Positions 26,393 through 36,709 of a DNA stretch of 64,000 nt are shown one piece after another. The notes beneath the pieces were generated by a model. It saw nothing but the letters and a program-made list of their open reading frames with translations. It did no database searches and was not told the DNA's origin. Every line of letters begins with the position of its first letter. Position 1 is the first letter of the stretch. Source of the DNA: an uncultured Anaerolineales bacterium (lineage in GTDB: Bacteria > Chloroflexota > Anaerolineae > Anaerolineales > UBA11858); NCBI GenBank assembly GCA_964438295.1, contig CAYTKR010000006.1:5469-69468 (forward strand), given 5' to 3'. The position numbers and the translations under genes are program-made.

Positions 26393-27658
26393 ATGAGCCA
26401 GAAAAAACTTCATCGCGGCGTTGCCGTTGTTGGCGCAGGGATGAGCAAGTTCGGCGCTTTCCCTAACAAAAGCAGCCGCGATCTGTTCGTCGAAGCCTTT
26501 CAATCCATGCGGCAATCTGTCGACAAAGATTTCAACCCCGCCGACATCGAGACAGTCTACATTGGAAATTTTTCCAGCGATCTCTTCGAGGCGCAAAGCC
26601 ACACTGCCCCGATCATGGCTGATGTGGCCGGCTTAGCCTCTCGCCCAGCGGTACGCATCGAAGATGCTTGTGCCAGCAGCGGCGTTGCCTTACGGCAGGG
26701 CATCCTGGCTATCGCTTCCGGACTGTACGACATCGTCTTGGTTGGCGGCATCGAAAAGATGACCAACCTGCCCACGGCTGAAGTCACTGACACATTGGCC
26801 GCGGCCGCGGATACCCTATTCGAGGTCCCGGCGGGATTTACCTTCCCTGGTTTCTATGCCGCCATCGCCTCGGCTTATATGCACAAATATGGCATGCAAC
26901 CTGAACACTTAATGAATGTGGCCATCAAGAATCACGAAAATGGTGCGCTCAACCCCAATGCCCAGTTTGGCGTCACTATACCCGATTGGATGGGTGGGCG
27001 CATTGCTTCGGCCAAGAAAAAGGGCAAACCGGTTCCCACCTGGAGTGACCAATGGGACTTCCTACATGACGACCGCGCCAATCCAATGATCGCTTGGCCG
27101 CTGCGCCTGTTCGACTGCTCGCCGATCACCGATGGGGCGGTTTCTCTATTACTGGTCTCTGATGAAATCGCCAATAACTTCACAGACCATCCCATTCACA
27201 TCATCGGCACAGGACAGGCATCAGATGCAGCCCTGCATGACCGGGAAGATCTGACCAGCATCAATGCGGCTCGCATTGCCTCCCAGGACGCCTACGAGAT
27301 GGCCGCAGTATCAGCAGCCGACATTCGCCTGGCTGAAGTGCATGATTGTTTTACAATTGCGGAGATCGTCGCCACCGAGGATCTGGGCTTCTTTGCTCCG
27401 GGGGATGGTTACAAAGCTGCTGAAGACCGCGTCACTGCTCGGGATGGTTCTAAACCCATCAATTCCTCTGGTGGGCTGAAATCCAAAGGACATCCTGTTG
27501 GCGCATCAGGTGCAGGCCAGGCGGTTGAAATATTTAAGCAAATGCGCGGCCAGGCAGGAGAGCGGCAAGTCGCCGGAAATATTCCCTTGGCACTAACCCA
27601 CAACGTCGGCGGTACAGGTGGCACATGTGTAGTGCATATCTACGAGAGGAGAAATTAG
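26393..27658 (+). CDS. Thiolase-domain protein (SCP-x / archaeal-type thiolase)
   Basis: VAVVGAGMSKFG, active-site EDACASSG, KGHPVGASG, C-terminal HNVGGTGG. AAGGAG RBS before ATG 26393. Confidence 0.8.
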   Translation: MSQKKLHRGVAVVGAGMSKFGAFPNKSSRDLFVEAFQSMRQSVDKDFNPADIETVYIGNFSSDLFEAQSHTAPIMADVAGLASRPAVRIEDACASSGVALRQGILAIASGLYDIVLVGGIEKMTNLPTAEVTDTLAAAADTLFEVPAGFTFPGFYAAIASAYMHKYGMQPEHLMNVAIKNHENGALNPNAQFGVTIPDWMGGRIASAKKKGKPVPTWSDQWDFLHDDRANPMIAWPLRLFDCSPITDGAVSLLLVSDEIANNFTDHPIHIIGTGQASDAALHDREDLTSINAARIASQDAYEMAAVSAADIRLAEVHDCFTIAEIVATEDLGFFAPGDGYKAAEDRVTARDGSKPINSSGGLKSKGHPVGASGAGQAVEIFKQMRGQAGERQVAGNIPLALTHNVGGTGGTCVVHIYERRN

Positions 27659-27659
27659 A

Positions 27660-28097
27660 ATGTCGCCAAACAAAATTTCTACTACAAAGCGGGCGTTCAC
27701 TGCAGCATCCTTCCAGGAATATTTGAATGAAAAAAAATTGATGGCATCCCACTGTGATGATTGCAATGCCAATTATCTGCCACCGCGCGCCATTTGTCCC
27801 CAATGTTTTGGTGACCAATTAGAATGGGCCGAACTCGATGGGGAGGCAAAGCTTGCCGCGTTTACATCCATCTATATCGCACCCACGGCCATGATCGACG
27901 CAGGCTATGGGCGCGACAAACCCTATGTGGCTGGCGTGGTCGAATTGGCCGACGGAGTAAAAATCAGTGCCCAAATCTTAGGCTTGGATGCCGCCAATCC
28001 AGAAGCGATCATGATCGGCACCCCGTTGCAAGCGGAGTTCGTCGAGCGCGGCGAAGGCGACGAGATACAAACCTTCCTGGCATTTCGGGCAGGTTAA
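27660..28097 (+). CDS. DUF35 Zn-ribbon/OB-fold protein (thiolase partner)
   Basis: CDDCNANYLPPRAICPQCFG four-Cys ribbon followed by an OB-fold-like segment. Its start is 1 nt after the thiolase stop. Confidence 0.8.
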   Translation: MSPNKISTTKRAFTAASFQEYLNEKKLMASHCDDCNANYLPPRAICPQCFGDQLEWAELDGEAKLAAFTSIYIAPTAMIDAGYGRDKPYVAGVVELADGVKISAQILGLDAANPEAIMIGTPLQAEFVERGEGDEIQTFLAFRAG

Positions 28098-28117
28098 CGA
28101 GACAAGGTGGAAATTTC

Positions 28118-29641
28118 ATGTACCATTTCGACTGGATCAAACGCCATGCAGAACGCACTCCTGACAAGATCGCCGTCGTGGATGCTCACACGGACAGGCA
28201 ATTCACATACGCCGAATTCAATCAACGGGCGAACTGCTTTGCGAGCTTTCTTGTTCAAGAATTGGGGGTCAACCAGGGGGATCGGGTAGCAATCCTGGCT
28301 GGAAACAGTTCCGACTACTATGAGATCCTGTTTGCCTGCGGGAAGATGGGTGCAATCCTTACGACGCTAAATTGGCGCTTGACTCCCCCTGAACTTGAAT
28401 ACATCCTCAACGACTGTTCGCCTCGCCTGCTAATCTACGAGCCAGAGTTTGCCGAAACCGTGGATAAACTGAGATCTCTAATCGAATGCGAATTCTATCT
28501 TGTGATGGCTGACGAAGCTTCTGAAGGCGAATGGACGTATGAAGATGCGTTGGCAGCTGGCTCACCTGTTGGTGTCGAAATGCCGGAATTGAAGTACACC
28601 GATACCTGGGCGATCTTGTACACTTCCGGCACTACCGGCCAACCTAAAGGTGCCCAGGTCACCTATGGCAACTTCTTCTACAACGCAGTGGGTATGGGTC
28701 AGGCCATCGATCTTTCATCGCAGGACGTCAATCTGAATGTGCTGCCCACATTTCATGCCGGAGGGCTGGGATTGTATGCCGGGCCAATATTCCATACTGG
28801 TGGTACCTTGATTGTGATGCGCGCCTTCGATCCTGAAAATTTCCTGCAGCTAATGGTGGAATGGAGCGTCACTGTCCTTCTTTTGGTGCCCTCGATATAC
28901 CTGATGCTGGCACAATACCCAGAATTTGACAAATATGATCTCTCGCATGTGCGCAGTTGGGCCAGCGGCGGCTCAACCTTGCCGCCCGCATTGGTACATG
29001 AATTCGCTGAAAAGAAAATCATCATCCAGCAAGGCTTTGGCATGACTGAAACCGGTCCAACGGTGTTCTTGATCGACGCCGAACATGCCACTGCAAAAGC
29101 AGGTTCCGTGGGCAAACCCGTCATCCACACGGAAGTCTGCATCAAGGATGAAAACGGAAATCTCTTGGGACCTGGTGAAGTCGGCGAACTTTGCATCAAA
29201 GGGGGTAACGTCACCACAGGATACTGGAACAGGCCCGAAGCTACAGGCGAAGCGATCGTCGACGGCTGGCTGCACTCTGGAGATGCCGCCAAATACGATC
29301 AAGATGGCTTTTACTACATCGTCGACAGGTGGAAGGACATGTTCATCTCTGGTGGTGAGAATGTGTATCCCGCCGAAGTGGAGAACGTGATCTATGAACA
29401 CCCCGCGGTCGCCGAAGTAGCTGTCATCGGGGTGCCCCACCCCAAATGGCAGGAAGTCGGCAAGGCCATCATGGCCATCAAGGAAGGCCACGAACTTTCC
29501 GATACAGAGATCATCGAGTTCTGCCAGGGCAAACTGGCCAAGTTCAAGATCCCCACGTCGGTTGCCTTCGTGGATTCGCTACCGCGCACTGCGGCTGGCA
29601 AGGTGCTCAAACGCGAGTTGAGAAAACAGTACACAAAGTGA
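28118..29641 (+). CDS. AMP-dependent acyl-CoA synthetase/ligase (2 of 3)
   Basis: TSGTTGQPKG, GFGMTE, WLHSGD, KDMFISGGENVYPAEVE, GKVLKR. Start at ATG 28118; the ORF-track extension to 27824 overlaps the DUF35 gene and is Arg-rich nonsense. Confidence 0.85.
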   Translation: MYHFDWIKRHAERTPDKIAVVDAHTDRQFTYAEFNQRANCFASFLVQELGVNQGDRVAILAGNSSDYYEILFACGKMGAILTTLNWRLTPPELEYILNDCSPRLLIYEPEFAETVDKLRSLIECEFYLVMADEASEGEWTYEDALAAGSPVGVEMPELKYTDTWAILYTSGTTGQPKGAQVTYGNFFYNAVGMGQAIDLSSQDVNLNVLPTFHAGGLGLYAGPIFHTGGTLIVMRAFDPENFLQLMVEWSVTVLLLVPSIYLMLAQYPEFDKYDLSHVRSWASGGSTLPPALVHEFAEKKIIIQQGFGMTETGPTVFLIDAEHATAKAGSVGKPVIHTEVCIKDENGNLLGPGEVGELCIKGGNVTTGYWNRPEATGEAIVDGWLHSGDAAKYDQDGFYYIVDRWKDMFISGGENVYPAEVENVIYEHPAVAEVAVIGVPHPKWQEVGKAIMAIKEGHELSDTEIIEFCQGKLAKFKIPTSVAFVDSLPRTAAGKVLKRELRKQYTK

Positions 29642-29721
29642 TTCGATTAGGAAGCCAGGAAACCATGAAATAGAAATTACTAACCGTTTTTCCCTGCGTT
29701 CCTGGTTTCCTCTCAAAATTT

Positions 29722-30402
29722 ATGGACGCATTCGAAGCTATCACCCAGCGACAAGGAGTTTTGCGCTTCAAGCCTGATCCTATAGAGCGCACATTGATCC
29801 AACAGATTTTGCAGGCTGCCACCGCTGCTCCCAGCCCGGCCAATACCCAGCCGTGGGAATTCGTCGTTGTAGATGATCCAACCAAGGCGCGGCAAATTGC
29901 CGAATACCTGGTTGTCACCCAGGCAGAATTCGTGTTCCGGCAATTATTAGGCACCCCAGAATCATTCATCGAACATTTGTTGACACTCTATGACCCGTTC
30001 TATAATGCCCCCTGTTTCATCATTCTTTGCCGACACCAGCGCACTTATTTAGCGCATAGCACACACAAGCATACTATCCGAGACTGGGACCTTTGCAGCA
30101 TTGGCGCGGCCATGGCCAACCTGATGGCAGCTGGGGTCGCAATGGGGTTGGGAACACGCTGGTTTGGGAACCCCATGATGGACCCTGAACCTCTCAAGTC
30201 AATGCTCGATATTCCAGATGATATTGAAATCATCGCAGTGACTCCTTTGGGTTTCCATGATGAGCAGCACAAAGAGCGTCCAACTCAACCCGTTGAAGCC
30301 CACACTGAATTCCAGCGCGGTGATAAATACAAACTGGCCGCGTTACTCCAGGGAAAGTTAGCACTTAAGGATGTAGTTCATTATAATAAGTTTGGAGGTT
30401 AG
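29722..30402 (+). CDS. Nitroreductase-family flavoprotein
   Basis: RFKPDPIERTLIQQILQAATAAPSPANTQPWEFVVV is the typical nitroreductase N-terminal block. Confidence 0.75.
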   Translation: MDAFEAITQRQGVLRFKPDPIERTLIQQILQAATAAPSPANTQPWEFVVVDDPTKARQIAEYLVVTQAEFVFRQLLGTPESFIEHLLTLYDPFYNAPCFIILCRHQRTYLAHSTHKHTIRDWDLCSIGAAMANLMAAGVAMGLGTRWFGNPMMDPEPLKSMLDIPDDIEIIAVTPLGFHDEQHKERPTQPVEAHTEFQRGDKYKLAALLQGKLALKDVVHYNKFGG

Positions 30403-30468
30403 ATTATGGAGATTGTAGCCGGGCAGCAATCCAAAATCATGTTTCAATCTTCCAACATCTAAACAAAT

Positions 30469-31335
30469 ATGAAAATCGGGCTGACTGCAACTTATAAGAA
30501 ATCTTTCACTCAGGAAGAATTCAACCGCTTTGCAGCACTCTCTGGCGATGACAATCCCATCCACATAGACCCGGAATTTTCAAAGCGCACAAAATTCGGG
30601 AACACCGTCGCCCATGGCATGTTGCTTTACAGCACTATCGGGCGCAGTTTGGGGGCCCTTCTGCCCGGCTCAGGCACACTTCAGATCTCTCAGGAATTGA
30701 TGTTCCCCAATCCAACTTTTGTGGGGCAAGAGGTCACGATCTATCTTGAAGTCACAGAACTTCCCACCCCCGAAACAGCGTTAATCAGAACGAACATCAT
30801 CCAACTCGATAAGACTTATGGCTGCCAGGGAGAAAGTCGAGTCTGGTTACCTGGCAGCATGCCATCGTTCGAACAAGTCAGCTACACCCCTCCAGACTAC
30901 CACGCTGAAGCACGCCAACATCGAGGGCTGAATATCGGTGACAGGATCTCGCAAACCAAAGAGTTTGGGTTGAATGAATTGAATGAGTTCTGTGAGTTAG
31001 TGTCTGAAGAGAACTCAGTTATTTTGGATAGTGTCTATGCGCAGTCAATCGGATTACATGGAACGCCACTCCCTGGCGGGTTATTGGGAGCAACTGTGTC
31101 CGACATCCTGGGGACGAAGCTTCCCGGCCGCGGCACCAACTGGCTAAAACAGAAATTCTATTTCCTAGCTCCCGCCTACCCAGGTGAAGAAATTACCACT
31201 TCGGTTGAGATCATCCGCCTGCGCCCAGAGAAGGATCTTGTCAACCTCAGAACTACCCTTACCAACACCGACGGCGAGATCGTACTCGATGGTGAAGCCC
31301 TGGTTTGGATCAGCGATTTGGAAATTGATCAATAG
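30469..31335 (+). CDS. MaoC-like (R)-specific enoyl-CoA hydratase, double hot-dog
   Basis: The first half carries the hydratase-2 motif FAALSGDDNPIHIDPEFS. The second half (about aa 150-288) is hot-dog-like but reads SEENSVILD at that position, so the motif is absent. Confidence 0.75.
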   Translation: MKIGLTATYKKSFTQEEFNRFAALSGDDNPIHIDPEFSKRTKFGNTVAHGMLLYSTIGRSLGALLPGSGTLQISQELMFPNPTFVGQEVTIYLEVTELPTPETALIRTNIIQLDKTYGCQGESRVWLPGSMPSFEQVSYTPPDYHAEARQHRGLNIGDRISQTKEFGLNELNEFCELVSEENSVILDSVYAQSIGLHGTPLPGGLLGATVSDILGTKLPGRGTNWLKQKFYFLAPAYPGEEITTSVEIIRLRPEKDLVNLRTTLTNTDGEIVLDGEALVWISDLEIDQ

Positions 31336-31381
31336 GAATATTGGAATGTAGAATACGTTGAATACGTCCAGAGGAAATTCT

Positions 31382-32179
31382 ATGTCCATAGCTAATGTCA
31401 ATAATGTAAACCTGTATTACGAACTCCACGGCCCCGAGAGCGCACCTGTACTAGTGCTCAACAATGGGTTGATCATGAGTGCCGCCACAAGTTGGATCTT
31501 CCAGACCGCTACCCTGTCGAAACATTACCGTCTGCTGCAATACGACTGCCGGGGACAGGGGCAATCCGACCATCCCCAGGATCCATACACTATGGAACTT
31601 CACGCAGACGACCTGGCTGCATTGCTCGAAAAATTACGCATTGACTATGCGCATATCGCTGGAATATCTTACGGCGGCGAGGTCGCCCAGGCTTTCGCGC
31701 TTAAATATCCCGCCAAAACCCGCAGCCTGATCCTGATCGACACCGTCAGCGAGGTGGGACCAGAACTGCGTCTGGTGATCGAGAGCTGGGTGGACATGCT
31801 CAAAGCACAGGATCCGCTGGGATTCTTCCATGCAACCGTCCCCTGGAATTTCTCTCCGGCTTGGATCGCGGCCAACACTCCAATCCTGGAAGATGCTAAA
31901 GAGCGCTATCAATCATTAGATTTCCCAGCTGTGGGCAACCTATGCGAAGCCTTCTTCGATGTTGATTTCACGCAGCGTCTCAGGAAGATCAAGGCACCAA
32001 CCTGCATCATGGCAGGCGAACTGGATCTGATCAAAGGTATTCCCTATGCCAAGATCCTTAAAGACGCCATTCCCCACGCTGAGCTGCATATCATCCCGGG
32101 AGCCGGGCATGCCTCATGCTGGGAGCGACCGGAGGAGTTCAACACAATAGTTCTCGGTTTTCTCGCCAAAATCGACTGA
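31382..32179 (+). CDS. Alpha/beta-fold hydrolase
   Basis: VLNNGLIMS, GISYGG nucleophile elbow, GAGHASCWERP. GAGGAAA precedes ATG 31382. Confidence 0.75.
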   Translation: MSIANVNNVNLYYELHGPESAPVLVLNNGLIMSAATSWIFQTATLSKHYRLLQYDCRGQGQSDHPQDPYTMELHADDLAALLEKLRIDYAHIAGISYGGEVAQAFALKYPAKTRSLILIDTVSEVGPELRLVIESWVDMLKAQDPLGFFHATVPWNFSPAWIAANTPILEDAKERYQSLDFPAVGNLCEAFFDVDFTQRLRKIKAPTCIMAGELDLIKGIPYAKILKDAIPHAELHIIPGAGHASCWERPEEFNTIVLGFLAKID

Positions 32180-32308
32180 TCTGTAACCGGCTAGAAACTC
32201 GGATATGCTAGTATGGACACAATTCAGGGGTACTTCTTTCTATTGGCATTTAATGTAGCAGTAAGTTCTTGCGTGATCGAGTAGCAGAGGAGATATTGGA
32301 GGACTCGT

Positions 32309-33835
32309 ATGCATGCAGCTGATCTGATGAGCAAACGGGCTGATTTAACTCCAGGCCGGGTCGCTCTAGTGGAACTAGAAACTGGTCAACGATTTACCTA
32401 TCACCAGTTGAATTCGCGTGCAAACCGTCTGGCAAATTTTATGCAGGATGTCCTCGGTGTCGGAAAAGGCGATCGGGTTTCCATTCTGGCCAAAAACAGC
32501 GTTACCTTTATTGATTTGTTCTACGGGCTACCAAAAATCGGGGCAATTTTCTCACCATTTAACTGGCGACTGACCCCCAGCGAGTTAACTTACATGGTCA
32601 ATGACCTGGAGCCCAAAGTATTGCTCTGCGAGCCAGAGTTCATTCCCAAGCTCGAAGAAATTTCTCCCAACATTGCGGTGGAGCATATTGTAACCTTGCG
32701 TGGTGCTGCACTTGATGATTCCCTGCCCCTCGAGGAGGGTCTCGAAAAAGCCTCCTCAGATGAGCCGCAAAGGCCGGCGCTCGATCGAGACAGCCCTTAT
32801 TGCATTTTATATACGTCAGGCACTACGGGCCACCCCAAAGGTGCTGTGATCCCTCACCGCCAAATTCTTTATAACTGCTTGAACACCGTCGCAAGTTGGG
32901 GATTAACCGAACATGATATATCTCCAGTTTATACTCCACTCTTTCATGCTGGAGGATTATTTGCCTTCTTGACCCCCCTGCTCTACTTGGGGGGACGCAT
33001 TATCCTAGCACGCGATTTTGATCCGGCGGTGTCCATGCAATGGATTCTGGAGGAGGGCTGCACCGTGATCTTGGGTGTGCCAACGCTCTTCCAAATGTGG
33101 ATGGATTCCGACTACTTCGCTGAGGCCGACTTCAGTCACGTGCACTTTTTTATCAGTGGGGGCGCGCCCTGTCCACCAAAACTGATGCAGGCCTGGCGTG
33201 AGAAGAAAGGTATCATATTCCGGCAAGGGTATGGCCTCACTGAAGTAGGCCCCAACTGCTTCAGCATGACGGACGAGGACTCGGTTCCAAAAACAGGTTC
33301 GGTGGGCAAGCCCATCTTCCATAGCAAGATGCGCATTGTCGACCCTCTGACAGGGGATGATGTTTCCGATGGAGAAGCGGGCGAATTGCTAATTTGGGGT
33401 CCGCACGTCTGCTCGGGCTATTGGCGCAACCCCGAGGCCACAGCAGAAACCATCAAAGGTGGCTGGTTCCACACGGGAGACATAGTTCACAAAGATGACG
33501 ATGGTTTCTTCTACATCGATGGCCGCTACAAAGATATGATCAAGAGCGGCGGTGAAAACATCTATGCTGCCGAGGTGGAGGCGGTCTACAAGAAACATCC
33601 CGCGATCAAGGATGCTGCCCTGATTGGAAAAGCCCATGAGAAATGGGGCGAAGTCGGTCTGATGGTCATGATCACAGAGGAAGGCCAGCAAGTTACCGAA
33701 GGTGAATTGATGGCCTTTGCCCTCAACAGCCTGGCAAAATTCAAGATCCCCAAACAAGTCATTTTTGCCGACAATCTGCCTTACACTGCGTACGGCAAGG
33801 TCGAGAAAGCTAAATTGAGGGAGATGTATTTATGA
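32309..33835 (+). CDS. AMP-dependent acyl-CoA synthetase/ligase (3 of 3)
   Basis: TSGTTGHPKG, GYGLTE, WFHTGD, KDMIKSGGENIYAAEVE. GGAGG RBS. Confidence 0.85.
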   Translation: MHAADLMSKRADLTPGRVALVELETGQRFTYHQLNSRANRLANFMQDVLGVGKGDRVSILAKNSVTFIDLFYGLPKIGAIFSPFNWRLTPSELTYMVNDLEPKVLLCEPEFIPKLEEISPNIAVEHIVTLRGAALDDSLPLEEGLEKASSDEPQRPALDRDSPYCILYTSGTTGHPKGAVIPHRQILYNCLNTVASWGLTEHDISPVYTPLFHAGGLFAFLTPLLYLGGRIILARDFDPAVSMQWILEEGCTVILGVPTLFQMWMDSDYFAEADFSHVHFFISGGAPCPPKLMQAWREKKGIIFRQGYGLTEVGPNCFSMTDEDSVPKTGSVGKPIFHSKMRIVDPLTGDDVSDGEAGELLIWGPHVCSGYWRNPEATAETIKGGWFHTGDIVHKDDDGFFYIDGRYKDMIKSGGENIYAAEVEAVYKKHPAIKDAALIGKAHEKWGEVGLMVMITEEGQQVTEGELMAFALNSLAKFKIPKQVIFADNLPYTAYGKVEKAKLREMYL

Positions 33836-33842
33836 ACTCTAT

Positions 33843-33930
33843 TTGTCATTGCGAGTCACCGCAGGTGGCGATGCAATCCAAATCAACACATGGAGATTGC
33901 TTCGTCGGCGCTGCTTTCTCGCAATGACAA
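33843..33930. repeat. Palindromic intergenic element, GTCATTGCGAG subfamily (inverted relative to 20261..20345)
   Basis: ttgtcattgcgag...ggcgatgcaatcc...ggagattgcttcgtcggcg...ctcgcaatgacaa. It starts 8 nt after the ligase stop. Confidence 0.75.
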
Positions 33931-33966
33931 AATTAGTAACCACATTGACCGTTTTTAGGAGTACAC

Positions 33967-35028
33967 ATGTCAATACCAACAAGTGAAGGCGTGACTGCCA
34001 AAACTGTCACCACAAAGCGCATTACAACCCGGGTCCTTTTTTCTGGAGCAGAGGACGGCACCCCCGTGCTCTTCCTGCACGGCAATGTGTCTTCAGCGAC
34101 ATGGTGGGAAGAAATGCTTGTCAGCTTACCAAGGGGTTGCCGAGGTATTGCGCCCGATCAGCGCGGATTTGGCGAAGCTGATTCCGGAGCCAAAGTCGAT
34201 GCTACGCGTGGCATGGAAGATTTCGCTCACGACGCATTCGCGCTGCTCGACCTCCTGGGATACGATAAAGCCCATATTGTCGGCAACTCATTGGGGGGTA
34301 TGGTGGTATGGCGCATGCTAATGATAGCCCCAGAGCGTTTCCTAAGCGTTACCCTGGCAGACCCTGGCTCACCCTTTGGATTCGGTGCCACACGCGATGC
34401 CGATGGAACACCCACAACGCCCGATTTCGCTGGCTCGGGGGGTGGACTGTCGAACCCTGAGCTGATCAAACGCATGGGCGAGGGTGACATGTCCACCGAA
34501 AGCGATTTTTCACCCCGTTCAGCGCTGCGAGCATTACTGGTCAAACCACCCTTCATCTCGGCGCGCGAGGATGAACTGGTGAAGGCGATGAACTCCACCC
34601 ATCTCGGGGAGCAAGATATCCCTGGGGATTCCGAGCAATCAGCGAACTGGCCCCACATGGCACCTGGCAAATGGGGCGCAACTAACGCCACATCGCCAAA
34701 ATACGCGGGTGATGTGCAGAACATCATCTCATGTGACCCCAAACCGAAAATCCTATGGATCCGTGGCAGCCATGACCTGGTGGTTTCCGATACAGCTGCG
34801 TCGGACCCAGGTTTCTTGGGTCGTATGGGACTGCTGCCGGGCTGGCCAGGAGAAGAGGATTACCCTCCCCAGCCGATGATCGCACAAACTCGCCAAATTC
34901 TTGAGCGGTACGCCGCGGCAGGAGGCACTTACAAAGAAGTCGTCATTGACGATACCGGGCATGTTCCATTCATTGAAAAGCCGGATGAGTTTAATACATT
35001 TTTTCATCCTCACATAAATAACGGTTGA
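33967..35028 (+). CDS. Alpha/beta-fold hydrolase (larger, 353 aa)
   Basis: VLFLHGNVSS, GNSLGG nucleophile elbow, DDTGHVPFIEKP. A lid-like insertion lies between them. Confidence 0.75.
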   Translation: MSIPTSEGVTAKTVTTKRITTRVLFSGAEDGTPVLFLHGNVSSATWWEEMLVSLPRGCRGIAPDQRGFGEADSGAKVDATRGMEDFAHDAFALLDLLGYDKAHIVGNSLGGMVVWRMLMIAPERFLSVTLADPGSPFGFGATRDADGTPTTPDFAGSGGGLSNPELIKRMGEGDMSTESDFSPRSALRALLVKPPFISAREDELVKAMNSTHLGEQDIPGDSEQSANWPHMAPGKWGATNATSPKYAGDVQNIISCDPKPKILWIRGSHDLVVSDTAASDPGFLGRMGLLPGWPGEEDYPPQPMIAQTRQILERYAAAGGTYKEVVIDDTGHVPFIEKPDEFNTFFHPHINNG

Positions 35029-35238
35029 GGCGATCATTTAGAGGATGTGAAAATTGATTTGGAGATACCTATTGTCATTCTGATTGACTAGAACGAAAAT
35101 ACACAAGGAATTAGATTATCAGACTACTGAAAGGAGGTGGTGCCCGGCGACTTGATATTGGAAAACGACAATCCAAAACCATTCCACTAACATAGCTACT
35201 ATACGAATCTTAACTGATCGATCAAGGAGAGAAGAAAT

Positions 35239-36546
35239 ATGTCTAAACGTTTATTCCACATGTTCATGTTGATTGTCATTCTCGTGCCGATGCTCATGAT
35301 TGTTCAACCCGCGATGGCAGATTCACATGGTGTATCATGCGACGAGCCCATCAAGGTTGGTCTGATCACCGATGCCACCGGCGCCCTGGCCATCTACGGT
35401 GCGCACATCATCCGCAGCTTTATGCTGGGTATGGAATACGCGACTGGCGCAGCTGGCAGCGTTGGCGACGTATTCACCGTTGAAGACGGCAGCAATACTT
35501 TCATGTTGGGCGACTGTGAGATCGAGGTGCTACTTGGCGATGACCAGACAAATCCCGATCTAACCACCTCAGTAGCCCGCGAATTCATCGAGGTCGATGA
35601 AGTCGATGTCTTGGTTGGTACGGTAAGCTCTGGAAACACCGCAACGCTTCAAGAGATTGCCGCAGAAAACGAAACCATCCTCATCGTAGCACCCGCAGCA
35701 GCCAACGATATCACTGGCGTAGGCTTCAATGAATACACATTCCGCACCAGCCGCGAGAACTACCAAGATGCCATGGCGTTGTGCGAATATGTCACTCAAG
35801 AATACGACACTTTCGTACAGATTGCTCCGGACTACAGCTTTGGCTGGGGCGGTGCTGCAGCTTATCGGGATGCCTGCACAATGTATGGAGGTACATTCCC
35901 AGTTGATGACATCTTTGCTCCCTTCGACACAACCGATTTCACTCCTTACATGGAGCAACTCCTAGACTCCGGCGCGCAGGCCTGGATCCCAACCTGGGCA
36001 GGTGGCGGATTCATCGCCATCATGCAAGCAGCGCTAGACCTAGGTGTGGTCGCTGAAATGGCCATGGCAGCATCCTTTGTTGACAACGTGGCACTGCCCG
36101 CCTTCTTTGGCAATTCCATTGGTTCGACTGGTTCGATCCTGTACCATTACTCAGCACCCGACAATGAGATCAACGATTGGCTGGTTGAAGAGACTAAGGA
36201 ACGCTATGGCGTTTACCCCGACCTTTTCGATGGCGATGGCGCCAATGCAGCCATCTTGCTTGTGGAAGCCCTCAAGGTCACAGGTGGCGTGACCGGCGCC
36301 CCTGAAATGATCGCTGCGATGGAAGGTATGGAGTTCGAAGGACCCAAAGGCACTGTCTACATCCGTCCTGAGGATCATGTTGCCATTCAGGATATGTATG
36401 TTATGACACTGCTCAACGTGGACGATCCTGATGCCATGTTCTTTGAGTACATCACCACGACAACTCCCGAACCGCCTTGCCTGTTACCGGAAGAGCTTAA
36501 AGACCGCTGCGGCGACCTGCCTTACGGCAGCTTGACCGGAGAATAA
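35239..36546 (+). CDS. Secreted LIV-type (Peripla_BP_6) ABC transporter substrate-binding protein
   Basis: Signal peptide MSKRLFHMFMLIVILVPMLMIVQPAMADS, then IKVGLITDATGALAIYG... typical of the LivJ/LivK family. AAGGAGAG RBS. Confidence 0.8.
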   Translation: MSKRLFHMFMLIVILVPMLMIVQPAMADSHGVSCDEPIKVGLITDATGALAIYGAHIIRSFMLGMEYATGAAGSVGDVFTVEDGSNTFMLGDCEIEVLLGDDQTNPDLTTSVAREFIEVDEVDVLVGTVSSGNTATLQEIAAENETILIVAPAAANDITGVGFNEYTFRTSRENYQDAMALCEYVTQEYDTFVQIAPDYSFGWGGAAAYRDACTMYGGTFPVDDIFAPFDTTDFTPYMEQLLDSGAQAWIPTWAGGGFIAIMQAALDLGVVAEMAMAASFVDNVALPAFFGNSIGSTGSILYHYSAPDNEINDWLVEETKERYGVYPDLFDGDGANAAILLVEALKVTGGVTGAPEMIAAMEGMEFEGPKGTVYIRPEDHVAIQDMYVMTLLNVDDPDAMFFEYITTTTPEPPCLLPEELKDRCGDLPYGSLTGE

Positions 36547-36630
36547 ACTTTAAATTGAAATCCAAGCGTCGGGGAGCTCTCGAGTAGACTCCCCGACACA
36601 CCCTATCGCACATTGAAAACTTCTATAATA

Positions 36631-36674
36631 AAAGGGGTGGATGGCGTGCGATGCTCGCCATCCACCCTTTTTAT
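36631..36674 (+). terminator. Intrinsic terminator after the binding-protein gene
   Basis: ggggtggatggcg (36634-36646), 9-nt loop, cgccatccaccc (36656-36667), then tttttatt. Confidence 0.75.
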
Positions 36675-36709
36675 TCCGAATTGCATGCATTAGGTCAGGA
36701 GGAAGACTT

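Noticed and set aside
27824-28117. Upstream extension of acyl-CoA ligase 2 in the ORF track (605 aa starting at 27824)
   Set aside because: The extension overlaps the DUF35 gene in another frame and is Arg/Gly-rich nonsense. The ligase family N-terminus (MYHFDWIKRHAERTPDKIAVVD) begins at ATG 28118.
29650-29712. aggaagccaggaaacca ... ttcctggtttcct motif between ligase 2 and the nitroreductase gene
   Set aside because: Only a 9-bp stem (29657-29665 / 29703-29711) with a 37-nt loop. It resembles dispersed CAGGAAAC-type repeats I recall from other genomes, but this single weak copy is not enough to call an element.
35073-35085. ttgtcattctgat fragment resembling the terminus of the GTCATTCTGAGC element
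   Set aside because: Only one arm of about 12 nt is present, with no partner arm or core nearby. It is either a decayed remnant or chance.
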